The notes beneath the pieces were generated by a model. That model was not told where the DNA came from. It searched no databases and saw only the letters and a list, made by a program, of their open reading frames with translations. A stretch of DNA of 60,849 nucleotides from a bacterium (GTDB taxonomy: Bacteria; Patescibacteriota; Patescibacteriia; Patescibacteriales; UBA12465), in contig DAOOQF010000001.1 in the NCBI GenBank assembly GCA_035388665.1, positions 1 to 60,849 on the forward strand, written 5' to 3'. The position numbers and the translations under genes were made by a program. Positions within the stretch are counted from its first letter, which is position 1. Each line of letters begins with the position of its first letter. This document shows positions 29,963 through 37,836 of this stretch, in pieces.

Positions 29963-31189
29963 TTATTCCGAAAACAAGATGGCGTTAGGAATATTTCTTC
30001 CTGGCCCAACCATATATTCTCCGTTATAAAATAAGGCCGAAGAATAACCTCCGTCCAGGTTTATAGCATAGTTAACCTTCATAACCTTTAGGATTTCCGC
30101 TAAATCAACTACTGTAGAGCTTCTAGCAATTACTAAAAATATTTTTCCCTTTCCGGCATTTTCTGACTTAAAAGCAATGGCATTGCGCAAAGCTTTAGTG
30201 TTCGTTTGTTTGTCATCTAATTCCCAGTCAATTAGCAAACTCATGCCATCTTCAACCAATCTTGGTTTATTGCCAATGGCCGCTTGCAATTTTACTCCAT
30301 AAACTTTCTCAAAATTGGCCACACTTCCAAAATCACGACTATCTTTAAAATAATAAAAATTATTATTTTCATCAAAGGCCATTATTGGTCCGGTGGTTGG
30401 ATATTTTAATTGACCAAAATTTATAAAAGTCTTCAAACGAGAGTTATAGACTGGAAAAAAATAATAATTTAATTTTGTAGCCGAGGTATCAAAATAGCTT
30501 CCGTTGATAGCAGCAAAGGCATCATTGTCGCAAACATAATCAATTAAAGGCTTAGCTACACATTTTCCAGGGCAATCAGAAGAATTGGCCGTGTCGGTAA
30601 TTATTTTTAATTTGGGGTTATTTAAATCAATTTCTACAATATCAACCAGAAATTCCTGATCATTTAAAATTATTGTATCTTTGTGCTTGTAAGAACTATA
30701 TTGATTAATGCTTTCATTTAAAGTATTTTTATAAACAAAAGCTAAATTTTTTCGACTAATTCCTAAACCTAATTCTCTCATAATCTTAAAAGCATCATCT
30801 GGCCTGCCCAAATAATGTTTTTTATAAGTTATCGGATTTATATACCAAGCTTCTCCATTTTTTTCAACTTGAAGAACAATCAAGCCAGATAATTTTTTAG
30901 CTAATTCAATATCTCCATCTATATCCATTTCAGCAGCTGCTATTTTTTGAAAATCTATTTCAGAAATACCTAAGCCCAACTCTCTCATTACTGAAAAAGC
31001 GTCATTCGGCCGGCCCAAATAATATCTTTTATTATTTTTTGGATAAACATACCAGGCCTCGCCATTCCTTTCCACATCCAACAATATTCTACCGGAAAGA
31101 GAGTCTGCCAAAGACTGAGCATTAACACTAAATAGAGGGGCTATTAATATCAAAGATAATAAAAAACCAGCAAAAATGTTTTTTTTCAT
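29963..31189 (-). CDS. Secreted phosphodiester glycosidase-like (DUF2233) protein with duplicated N-terminal module
   Basis: Signal peptide. Two copies of about 50 aa: G(R/L)I.L.VE(R/K)NGEAWY..P....(R/H)YLGRP.DAF..MRELGLGIS. C-terminal AINGSYF...G.P....ALRNAIA....INLDGGYSSAL, typical of the DUF2233/NAGPA-like family. Confidence 0.7.
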   Translation of the reverse strand: MKKNIFAGFLLSLILIAPLFSVNAQSLADSLSGRILLDVERNGEAWYVYPKNNKRYYLGRPNDAFSVMRELGLGISEIDFQKIAAAEMDIDGDIELAKKLSGLIVLQVEKNGEAWYINPITYKKHYLGRPDDAFKIMRELGLGISRKNLAFVYKNTLNESINQYSSYKHKDTIILNDQEFLVDIVEIDLNNPKLKIITDTANSSDCPGKCVAKPLIDYVCDNDAFAAINGSYFDTSATKLNYYFFPVYNSRLKTFINFGQLKYPTTGPIMAFDENNNFYYFKDSRDFGSVANFEKVYGVKLQAAIGNKPRLVEDGMSLLIDWELDDKQTNTKALRNAIAFKSENAGKGKIFLVIARSSTVVDLAEILKVMKVNYAINLDGGYSSALFYNGEYMVGPGRNIPNAILFSE

Positions 31190-31247
31190 ATAATTATTTT
31201 AATTTTTCAATATTTATTATATCATCATCTAATCAAAAAAGAAATAT

Positions 31248-31276
31248 TTGCTAAGGCTAAAAATATTTGTTATAGT
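31248..31276 (+). promoter_or_regulatory. Sigma70-like promoter upstream of the thyX-like operon
   Basis: TTGCTA, a 17-nt spacer, then TATAGT, 31 nt upstream of the ATG at 31308. A chance match is plausible in AT-rich DNA. Confidence 0.35.
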
Positions 31277-31307
31277 TAATTTGTTTTTATAAAATAAAAT
31301 AAAAAAT

Positions 31308-32597
31308 ATGGCTAATATTTATATTTATGATGAGTTTTCTCCAGAAGATACTGCCATGATGCAGGCTCTTTATTCCAGAAGCCCAAAAAGTGTAACCGAG
31401 CACGTAGACAAAGTAAAATCAAGTGGTTCTGGCAAGTTTATGGAAACTTTCTATGTTGGATATGGACATGCTAGTATTGCAGATTGCGGAAGTACTACAA
31501 TTTTTATTGAAGGAATTTCAATATTAGCTGATAAAGCCATCCAAGATTGGCAATTATATTCCGGACAAGAAACCTCAACCAGATATATTGATATGGGAAA
31601 ACAGGCCATTATCGACCCAATAAATACTCCCGAGTCTCAGAAAATTATACAAAGATGGATGGATTTTTACATAAATAATCAAGAAAAGGTTCAAGAACAT
31701 CTAATGAAAAAATACCCTCGAAAACCAGAGGAAGATGAGATTGTTTACACCAAAGCTATTAAAGCTCGTTGTTTTGACATAACTAGAGGATTTTTACCAG
31801 CTGGGATAACAACTCAATTGAGCTGGCACACCAATCTACGTCAAGCTTACGACAAAATATGTTGGTTAAGAAATAATCCACTTCCCGAAGTCCAAAAAAT
31901 AGCCGAAAATATTTTAGAACAATTAAAAGAAAAATATAAAAATAGTTTTAGTCAACCAATAATAGACGAACAAGAAAATTACAGAAAAAATATTTTAAAC
32001 CAACATAATTTTCTAAAACCTAAAAAAATTGAAGGATTAAATATTCAAACTGATATTAAAAATGAAGACTTAGAAGAATTTGTAGATATTATAAATAATA
32101 GACCAGCTAAAACCGGTCTTCCTGGATTTTTAGGAGAATTAGGCACCATTACTTTTGAATTTATAATGGATTTTGGTTCTTTTAGGGACGTTCAAAGACA
32201 TCGAAATGGAATATGCCGAATGCCTCTATTGACTACCGAACTTGGATTTAATGATTGGTATCTCGAACAATTACCAGAAGACCTAAAACATGAAGCCACA
32301 GAGTTAATAAAAAAGCAACAAGTTCTCATTGAAGAACTAGAAGCTACCCCAGAGATAAAACAATACTATACCGCCATGGGATTTAATGTTTTTTGTAGAA
32401 CCACCTATAATTTACCTTCAGCGACTTATGTAATAGAATTGAGATCTGGCAAGCCAGTCCATCCGACTCTTAGAAAAATAGCTCACGAAATGTATTATTC
32501 AATAACAAAGAAATTACCAAATTTAAAATTAAATTGTGATCTTGAGCCAGATGATTGGGATTATCGTCGTGGACTACAAGATATTATCAAAAAATAA
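31308..32597 (+). CDS. ThyX-like (flavin-dependent thymidylate synthase fold) protein, internally duplicated, 429 aa
   Basis: The C-half carries FRDVQRHRNG (RHR ThyX motif) and a later LP.....IELRSGK..HP.LR.IA segment. The N-half resembles a ThyX core (GHASIADCGSTTIFIEGISILADKAIQDWQLYSGQETSTRYID; ARCFDITRGFLPAGITTQLSWHTNLRQ) but has QDW in place of RHR. Confidence 0.65.
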   Translation: MANIYIYDEFSPEDTAMMQALYSRSPKSVTEHVDKVKSSGSGKFMETFYVGYGHASIADCGSTTIFIEGISILADKAIQDWQLYSGQETSTRYIDMGKQAIIDPINTPESQKIIQRWMDFYINNQEKVQEHLMKKYPRKPEEDEIVYTKAIKARCFDITRGFLPAGITTQLSWHTNLRQAYDKICWLRNNPLPEVQKIAENILEQLKEKYKNSFSQPIIDEQENYRKNILNQHNFLKPKKIEGLNIQTDIKNEDLEEFVDIINNRPAKTGLPGFLGELGTITFEFIMDFGSFRDVQRHRNGICRMPLLTTELGFNDWYLEQLPEDLKHEATELIKKQQVLIEELEATPEIKQYYTAMGFNVFCRTTYNLPSATYVIELRSGKPVHPTLRKIAHEMYYSITKKLPNLKLNCDLEPDDWDYRRGLQDIIKK

Positions 32598-32599
32598 AT

Positions 32600-33163
32600 A
32601 TGAACGAAAAAAAAATCATTATCGGCCTAACTGGTCAAATTGCTTGCGGAAAAGGAGTTGTTAAAAACTTTTTAATTGAAAAATATAATGCTAGTGATTA
32701 TCGATTCTCTACTATTTTAAGAGATGTTTTGATCAGATTGAATATCGAACAAAGTCGAGAAAATATTCAAAAAATGTCGACCCTACTTCGACAGACCTTT
32801 GGCGAAGATTTACTAGCCAAAGTAATGGCTAATGACGTAAGAAATGATAAACATAACTTTATAGTAATAGACGGGATCAGAAGAATGGCTGATATTGAAT
32901 ATTTAAAAGAAATTCCTGGATTTTTTCTAGTAAGTATTGAGGCTAATCAAAAATTAAGACATCAAAGAGTTAATGAGAGAAATGAAAATCCAGGAGATGA
33001 CAAAAAAACCTTTGAAGAATTTATAAAAGATGAGAACGCTGAAACTGAACAACAAATTCCGGAGACTATGTCCAAGGCTAACTTAACAATTAATAACGAT
33101 GGAACCTGGGATGAATTATGGGAACAAATTCATCAACTAGTTAAAAAAATAAATGAACTTTAA
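32600..33163 (+). CDS. P-loop nucleotide kinase, dNMP-kinase/CoaE-like
   Basis: The likely start is ATG 32600 (MNEKKIIIGLTGQIACGKG), not the track's 32555. P-loop GLTGQIACGKG, followed by VIDGIRR. Substrate unknown. Confidence 0.5.
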   Translation: MNEKKIIIGLTGQIACGKGVVKNFLIEKYNASDYRFSTILRDVLIRLNIEQSRENIQKMSTLLRQTFGEDLLAKVMANDVRNDKHNFIVIDGIRRMADIEYLKEIPGFFLVSIEANQKLRHQRVNERNENPGDDKKTFEEFIKDENAETEQQIPETMSKANLTINNDGTWDELWEQIHQLVKKINEL

Positions 33164-33482
33164 AGAATACCAAGAGCAATCACAAAAAACTGCTCAATAT
33201 CCAAATAGGGGTAATAACTATGTCTATCCAGTTTTAGGATTAGCCGGAGAATCGGGCGAAGTAGCTGAAAAATTTAAAAAAATCATCAGAGACAATGACG
33301 GAAAGATTGATTCCGAAAAAAAACTAGAAATCGAAAAAGAGTTGGGAGATGTTTTGTGGTATGTGTCACAAATTGCTACCGAACTAAATATAGATTTAGA
33401 GAGCGTTGCTCAAACAAATATCAAAAAATTACAATCACGATTAGAAAGAGCTTGCATTAAAGGAAGCGGTGATAATCGTTAA
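33153..33482 (+). CDS. MazG-like all-alpha nucleoside triphosphate pyrophosphohydrolase (single domain)
   Basis: GLAGESGEVAEKFKK ... EKELGDVLWYVSQIA is the EXXE...EXXD metal-binding arrangement of MazG/DCTPP1-type enzymes. Overlaps the upstream gene by 11 nt. Confidence 0.8.
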   Translation: MNFKEYQEQSQKTAQYPNRGNNYVYPVLGLAGESGEVAEKFKKIIRDNDGKIDSEKKLEIEKELGDVLWYVSQIATELNIDLESVAQTNIKKLQSRLERACIKGSGDNR

Positions 33483-33492
33483 ACAAAAAAAT

Positions 33493-34089
33493 ATGAACTC
33501 TCCAAAAGGAAAATTAATAGTTTTTTACGGAACAAATAATTTAGGGAAAAGCACTCAAGCTAAAATATTAGTAGAAAAATTGAACTCCCTTAATTTTCCA
33601 ACTGAATATTTAAAATATCCCTTATATGATTTAGCTCCTTCTGGTCCATTACTTAACGAATATTTAAGAAATGATAACCCTCACCAATTAACAGCTCGAG
33701 AGGCTCAAATAATTTATACCCTAAACCGAACCCAATATCAAAACGAAATAATCAAAAAATTAGAAAATGGAATCAATGTTATAGCCGAGGACTACACTGG
33801 AACCGGAATAGCCTGGGGAGTAGGGGCTGGAATAGAGCAAAGTTTCTTAGAAGAGATTAATAATCATTTATTAAAAGAAGATTTGGCGATATTATTTGAT
33901 GGAGAAAGATTCAAAAATTCCATAGAAAGCAACCATAAACATGAGAAAGATGAAGAATTTTCAAAAAGAGTTAGGCAAATTCACCTAGATTTAGGAAAAA
34001 AATTTAACTGGATCAAGATTGATGCTAATTTAACTATAGAAGAAATCTCTCAGAGGATCATGAATATTGTTAAAAAAACTATAGAATAA
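33493..34089 (+). CDS. tmk: Thymidylate kinase-like P-loop kinase (divergent Tmk)
   Basis: The likely start is ATG 33493 (MNSPKGKLIVFYGTNNLGKSTQ). The P-loop resembles Tmk G.DG.GKSTQ. EDYTGTGIAWG sits where Tmk has DRY..S..AYQ. LID-like region with basic residues. Confidence 0.55.
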   Translation: MNSPKGKLIVFYGTNNLGKSTQAKILVEKLNSLNFPTEYLKYPLYDLAPSGPLLNEYLRNDNPHQLTAREAQIIYTLNRTQYQNEIIKKLENGINVIAEDYTGTGIAWGVGAGIEQSFLEEINNHLLKEDLAILFDGERFKNSIESNHKHEKDEEFSKRVRQIHLDLGKKFNWIKIDANLTIEEISQRIMNIVKKTIE

Positions 34090-34112
34090 TAATAAAAATC
34101 AGTATAAAGCAC

Positions 34113-34139
34113 AAAAAACTGAGAATAGCTCAGTTTTTT
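34113..34139 (+). terminator. Intrinsic terminator after the nucleotide operon
   Basis: AAAAAACTGAG-AATAG-CTCAGTTTTTT: stem plus T-run, 24 nt after the tmk-like stop. Confidence 0.6.
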
Positions 34140-34193
34140 GTTTGATAAATCCTGTTTTTATTGGTATAATTTAATTAATATAAAATAAAAAAT

Positions 34194-35708
34194 ATGGAAT
34201 ACGACATCATTATTGGGCTGGAAATACATGCTGAAATTAAAACAAAAAGCAAAATGTTTTGCCCCTGCCCAAACGAAACCAATAATTTAAAACCAAATTC
34301 AAATGTTTGCCCTATTTGTTTAGGACATCCCGGAACTCTACCGCTTATAAATCAAGAAGCTATTGATAAAATAATTCTTCTGGGTCTGGCTTTAAATTGT
34401 CAAATTAATAGACAGAGCAAATTCGACCGAAAAAATTATTTTTATCCCGACCTACCAAAAGGTTATCAAATTTCACAATATGATTTGCCAATTGCTCACC
34501 ATGGATTCTTAGAAATTAATAAGCAAAAAATAGAAATCACCAGAATTCATTTAGAGGAAGATACTGCTAAACTAAACCATCCCACTGGAAAAAATTACAC
34601 TTTAATTGATTTTAACAGATCAGGAGTTCCCCTTCTGGAATTAGTAACTGAGCCTATGATCCATGATGCTACCACCGCAAAATTATTTTGCCAAACTTTT
34701 CAACAAATTTTAAAATATTTAGACATCAGCTCAGCTAATATGGAAAAAGGTGAGATGCGTTGCGAGGCCAATATTAGTCTACAAAAAAAGAATTCTTGGT
34801 ATCGAGATGAAGATGGAAAAATTAAAACTATCGCTAAAAATAAGTTAAATAATAAAGTAGAGTTAAAGAATATTAATTCTTTTAAATCCGTAGAAAAAGC
34901 AATCACCTATGAAATAAAGAGACAAAAAGAATTACTAGAGAAAAAAGAAGAAATCCTCCCAGAGACTAGAGGTTTTAACGAAAAAAATGGTGAAACTTTT
35001 CGACAAAGAATTAAAGAGAGCGGGGCTGACTATAGATATTTTCCAGAACCAGATATTCCTTCACTAAAAATAGACTCTGAAAGGATTGATAAAATAAAAG
35101 AAAAAATAATTGAATTGCCCCATAAAAAAAGTGATCGCTTTATCAAGGAATATAATTTTACTCCCGATATCGCCGAAATAATTGTAGAAAATAAGGAAAT
35201 AGCCGATTGGATAGAAAAGGTTATTTCGGAATTAGCCGAATGGGTAAAATCATCCGGAGAATCTTGGGAAAATCAAGATAAAAAATTAGCCAAATTGACA
35301 GCCAATTGGCTAACTAGTGAATTATTTAAATATTTAAAAGAAGACAAAAAAACAATAAAAGAAATAGAAATTACTGCGGAAAATTTTGCTGAGTTGATGT
35401 TATTGCTTCATCAAGAAAAAATAACTAATTCTTCCGGCCAAGAAATTTTAAAAATAATGTATAAAACTGGAGGGGACCCTAGTAATATTATGGAGGAAAA
35501 CAACCTAGAACAAAAGAATGACAATAACGAAGAAGAATTGCTAGGAATTGTTAACAAAATAATCTCCCAATACTCCGAACAATTTAATCAATATTTAAAA
35601 GGTAAGGAAACTTTATTGCAATTTTTTATTGGGAAAACAATGGCCGAGACTAAGGGCAGATATAATCCTAAAAAAATAACAGAAATTATTGAAAACTTAA
35701 AAAAATAA
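34194..35708 (+). CDS. gatB: Asp/Glu-tRNA(Asn/Gln) amidotransferase subunit B
   Basis: YDIIIGLEIHAEIKTKSKMFC, HPGTLP, NYFYPDLPKGYQISQ, IHLEEDTAKL, RCEANIS, C-terminal YqeY-like tail. No gatA or gatC is adjacent. Confidence 0.95.
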   Translation: MEYDIIIGLEIHAEIKTKSKMFCPCPNETNNLKPNSNVCPICLGHPGTLPLINQEAIDKIILLGLALNCQINRQSKFDRKNYFYPDLPKGYQISQYDLPIAHHGFLEINKQKIEITRIHLEEDTAKLNHPTGKNYTLIDFNRSGVPLLELVTEPMIHDATTAKLFCQTFQQILKYLDISSANMEKGEMRCEANISLQKKNSWYRDEDGKIKTIAKNKLNNKVELKNINSFKSVEKAITYEIKRQKELLEKKEEILPETRGFNEKNGETFRQRIKESGADYRYFPEPDIPSLKIDSERIDKIKEKIIELPHKKSDRFIKEYNFTPDIAEIIVENKEIADWIEKVISELAEWVKSSGESWENQDKKLAKLTANWLTSELFKYLKEDKKTIKEIEITAENFAELMLLLHQEKITNSSGQEILKIMYKTGGDPSNIMEENNLEQKNDNNEEELLGIVNKIISQYSEQFNQYLKGKETLLQFFIGKTMAETKGRYNPKKITEIIENLKK

Positions 35709-35710
35709 AA

Positions 35711-36793
35711 ATGAAAGAAAATAAAAAAAAAGGCTTTACATTAATTGAGATAATAATAGCTATTTTTATTATCGGCCTAATTATAACTTTAGCTAATTTT
35801 TCTATTAATAAAATAAAGGAGACTGGGCGCGATATAAAAAGAATAGATAACATTAAACAAATTCAATTGGCCCTAGAAATGTATCGTCGTGATGTTGGCT
35901 CATATCCAGAAACACTTACTTTTGGAGGAAGACTAATCAATCCAAACGATTCTAATATTATCTACTTAAATGAAATTCCAACAAATCTTCCCTACAAAAA
36001 CAACAATAATTGCTCCAATGAAGAATTTGTCTACTCGATTGAGGACAATTTTTATTTAATAGACTTTTGCCTAGAAAGTCCCACGGAGAATTATGCCCTA
36101 GGGAATAATTGCGCTAAAACCGAAGGAATTTATGATGGAAGATGTTCTGAATCTTTCGAATGCGGATTATCAATTTCCCATGAAGGACAAAACTATAATA
36201 CTATAGCCATAGGAAATCAATGTTGGTTTAAAGAAAATCTAAGATATCTGCCAGAAGTTCATAACAACACTGAATTTACTTCCCAGGGAAACAACGAATT
36301 ACCCGGTTATGGTGTTTATGGTTATAATGGAAATATTCTACCTGAGGCCAAAGCATATGAATATTTAGGAGAAAACATGTATGAAAATTATGGAGTATTA
36401 TATAATTGGTACGCAGTTGACCAAATAAATATTTGCCCCTCTGGATGGCACATTCCATCTGATAGCGAATGGACAGTATTAACTAGTTGGCTAATAAGCA
36501 ATGGGGGTATTTTGCTTGGACAAGAAGGAACAGCTCTAAAATCATCCCCAACTGATTCCGTGCCATGGGAAGGTAATAATAGCTTTAATTTTACTGCTTT
36601 ACCAGGTGGTTATCGTGACGGACGCGATGGTTTTTTTGGTGCACTTGGAAATGAAGCTGATTTTTGGTCATCATCCCCTGGCATCAATTCTGATAATTCA
36701 ATCTTGTTTTATCTACTTTCATTAAATAACGGAGTTCTTCACGCCGATTTTAGAAAAATTCATGGCGCTTCAGTGCGTTGTTTAAAAGACTAA
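35711..36793 (+). CDS. Prepilin-type N-terminal domain fused to a FISUMP-type (Fibrobacter succinogenes major paralogous, TIGR02145-like) domain
   Basis: KKG|FTLIEIIIAIFIIGL class III signal with E at +5. Pilin-like helix ...QIQLALEMYRRDVGSYP. C-terminal half has NQCWFKENL, YGVLYNWYAV, CPSGWHIPSDSEW, FTALPGGYR, FWSSS, GASVRCLKD. Confidence 0.8.
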   Translation: MKENKKKGFTLIEIIIAIFIIGLIITLANFSINKIKETGRDIKRIDNIKQIQLALEMYRRDVGSYPETLTFGGRLINPNDSNIIYLNEIPTNLPYKNNNNCSNEEFVYSIEDNFYLIDFCLESPTENYALGNNCAKTEGIYDGRCSESFECGLSISHEGQNYNTIAIGNQCWFKENLRYLPEVHNNTEFTSQGNNELPGYGVYGYNGNILPEAKAYEYLGENMYENYGVLYNWYAVDQINICPSGWHIPSDSEWTVLTSWLISNGGILLGQEGTALKSSPTDSVPWEGNNSFNFTALPGGYRDGRDGFFGALGNEADFWSSSPGINSDNSILFYLLSLNNGVLHADFRKIHGASVRCLKD

Positions 36794-36807
36794 ATAATAA
36801 ATAAATT

Positions 36808-37833
36808 ATGAAAAATAAAAATGGCTTTACGCTAATAGAATTATTAATAACCGTTTTTATTATTGCTATAATTTTGACAATCGCCACAATATCTTTTAGT
36901 GAGATAAGAAAAAACTCTCGAGATAATCAGAGAGTTCAGGATATACAACAAATGCAATTGGTGCTAGAAAAATATTACCAAGAAAATAATTCTTATCCCA
37001 ACGAAATTATATTTGGCGGATCCTTGACTAACGAAGAGGAAGAAAAGATATATTTGTCAAAAATACCACAAAACCCTAGTCCCAGATCAGATGAGTCTTG
37101 CCCTGAGTCTGAATATATCTATGAGATAAATAATAATAATTATTCTATTGAATTTTGTTTAGGAAAAGAAACCGGAAAAGTCTCGGCTGGGTATAATTGT
37201 GCTACCCCCCAAGGCATTAGATCTGGAAAATGCTTTCAATGTGGAGTGTCCGTTTCATATGACGGACAAGATTATGCCACAATTCAAATCGGAAATCAAT
37301 GTTGGTTTAAAGAGAACCTCAACGTCGGAATAGCAAAACTAAATAACGAATCATTAAGCTCGAGTTCGCCAGAAAAATATTGTCACGGAGCAACTAATTA
37401 TGAAACCGATCCATCAAATAATTGTTCAATATATGGAGGGTTGTATACCTGGGAATCATTAATGCAGGGGGGCTCAGAAGAGTCTGCTCAAGGTCTTTGT
37501 CCGTCTGGTTGGCATATTCCAACAATTGATGAATTAATGGAATTAATAGACGGTTTTGGAGGATTATCTATCGCCGGAGAAGGACTAAAAGCTTCTAGCA
37601 CCGACCCAGTTCCATGGGATGGAAATAATAATTCAGGATTTACGGCATTACCCTCTGGAGGAAGAAATACTTTTGGAGCTTTTTTTGGTCTATCATCCAA
37701 TACTACCTGGTCTTCAACGCCTCTTGATAGCTCGTCGTCAAATGTAATAAATTTAAACTCGGAAATTAATGATATAAATAAGTATTCTTTATTAAATGAT
37801 TTTGCCTTTTCAGCTCGTTGTATAAAAAATTAA
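36808..37833 (+). CDS. Prepilin-type N-terminal domain fused to a FISUMP-type domain (paralogue of 35711-36793)
   Basis: NG|FTLIELLITVFIIAI, QMQLVLEKYYQENNSYP. Then NQCWFKENL, YGGLYTWESL, CPSGWHIPTIDEL, FTALPSGGR, WSST, FSARCIKN. Same architecture and conserved Cys pattern as its neighbour. Confidence 0.8.
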   Translation: MKNKNGFTLIELLITVFIIAIILTIATISFSEIRKNSRDNQRVQDIQQMQLVLEKYYQENNSYPNEIIFGGSLTNEEEEKIYLSKIPQNPSPRSDESCPESEYIYEINNNNYSIEFCLGKETGKVSAGYNCATPQGIRSGKCFQCGVSVSYDGQDYATIQIGNQCWFKENLNVGIAKLNNESLSSSSPEKYCHGATNYETDPSNNCSIYGGLYTWESLMQGGSEESAQGLCPSGWHIPTIDELMELIDGFGGLSIAGEGLKASSTDPVPWDGNNNSGFTALPSGGRNTFGAFFGLSSNTTWSSTPLDSSSSNVINLNSEINDINKYSLLNDFAFSARCIKN

Positions 37834-37836
37834 AAT

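Noticed and set aside
32555-32599. Upstream extension of the kinase-like ORF (track start 32555) and of the Tmk-like ORF (track start 33469)
   Set aside because: The extensions (MGLSSWTTRYYQKIN..., MIIVKQKN...) overlap the preceding genes and add no conserved sequence. The internal ATGs at 32600 and 33493 place the P-loop at the usual distance from the N-terminus.
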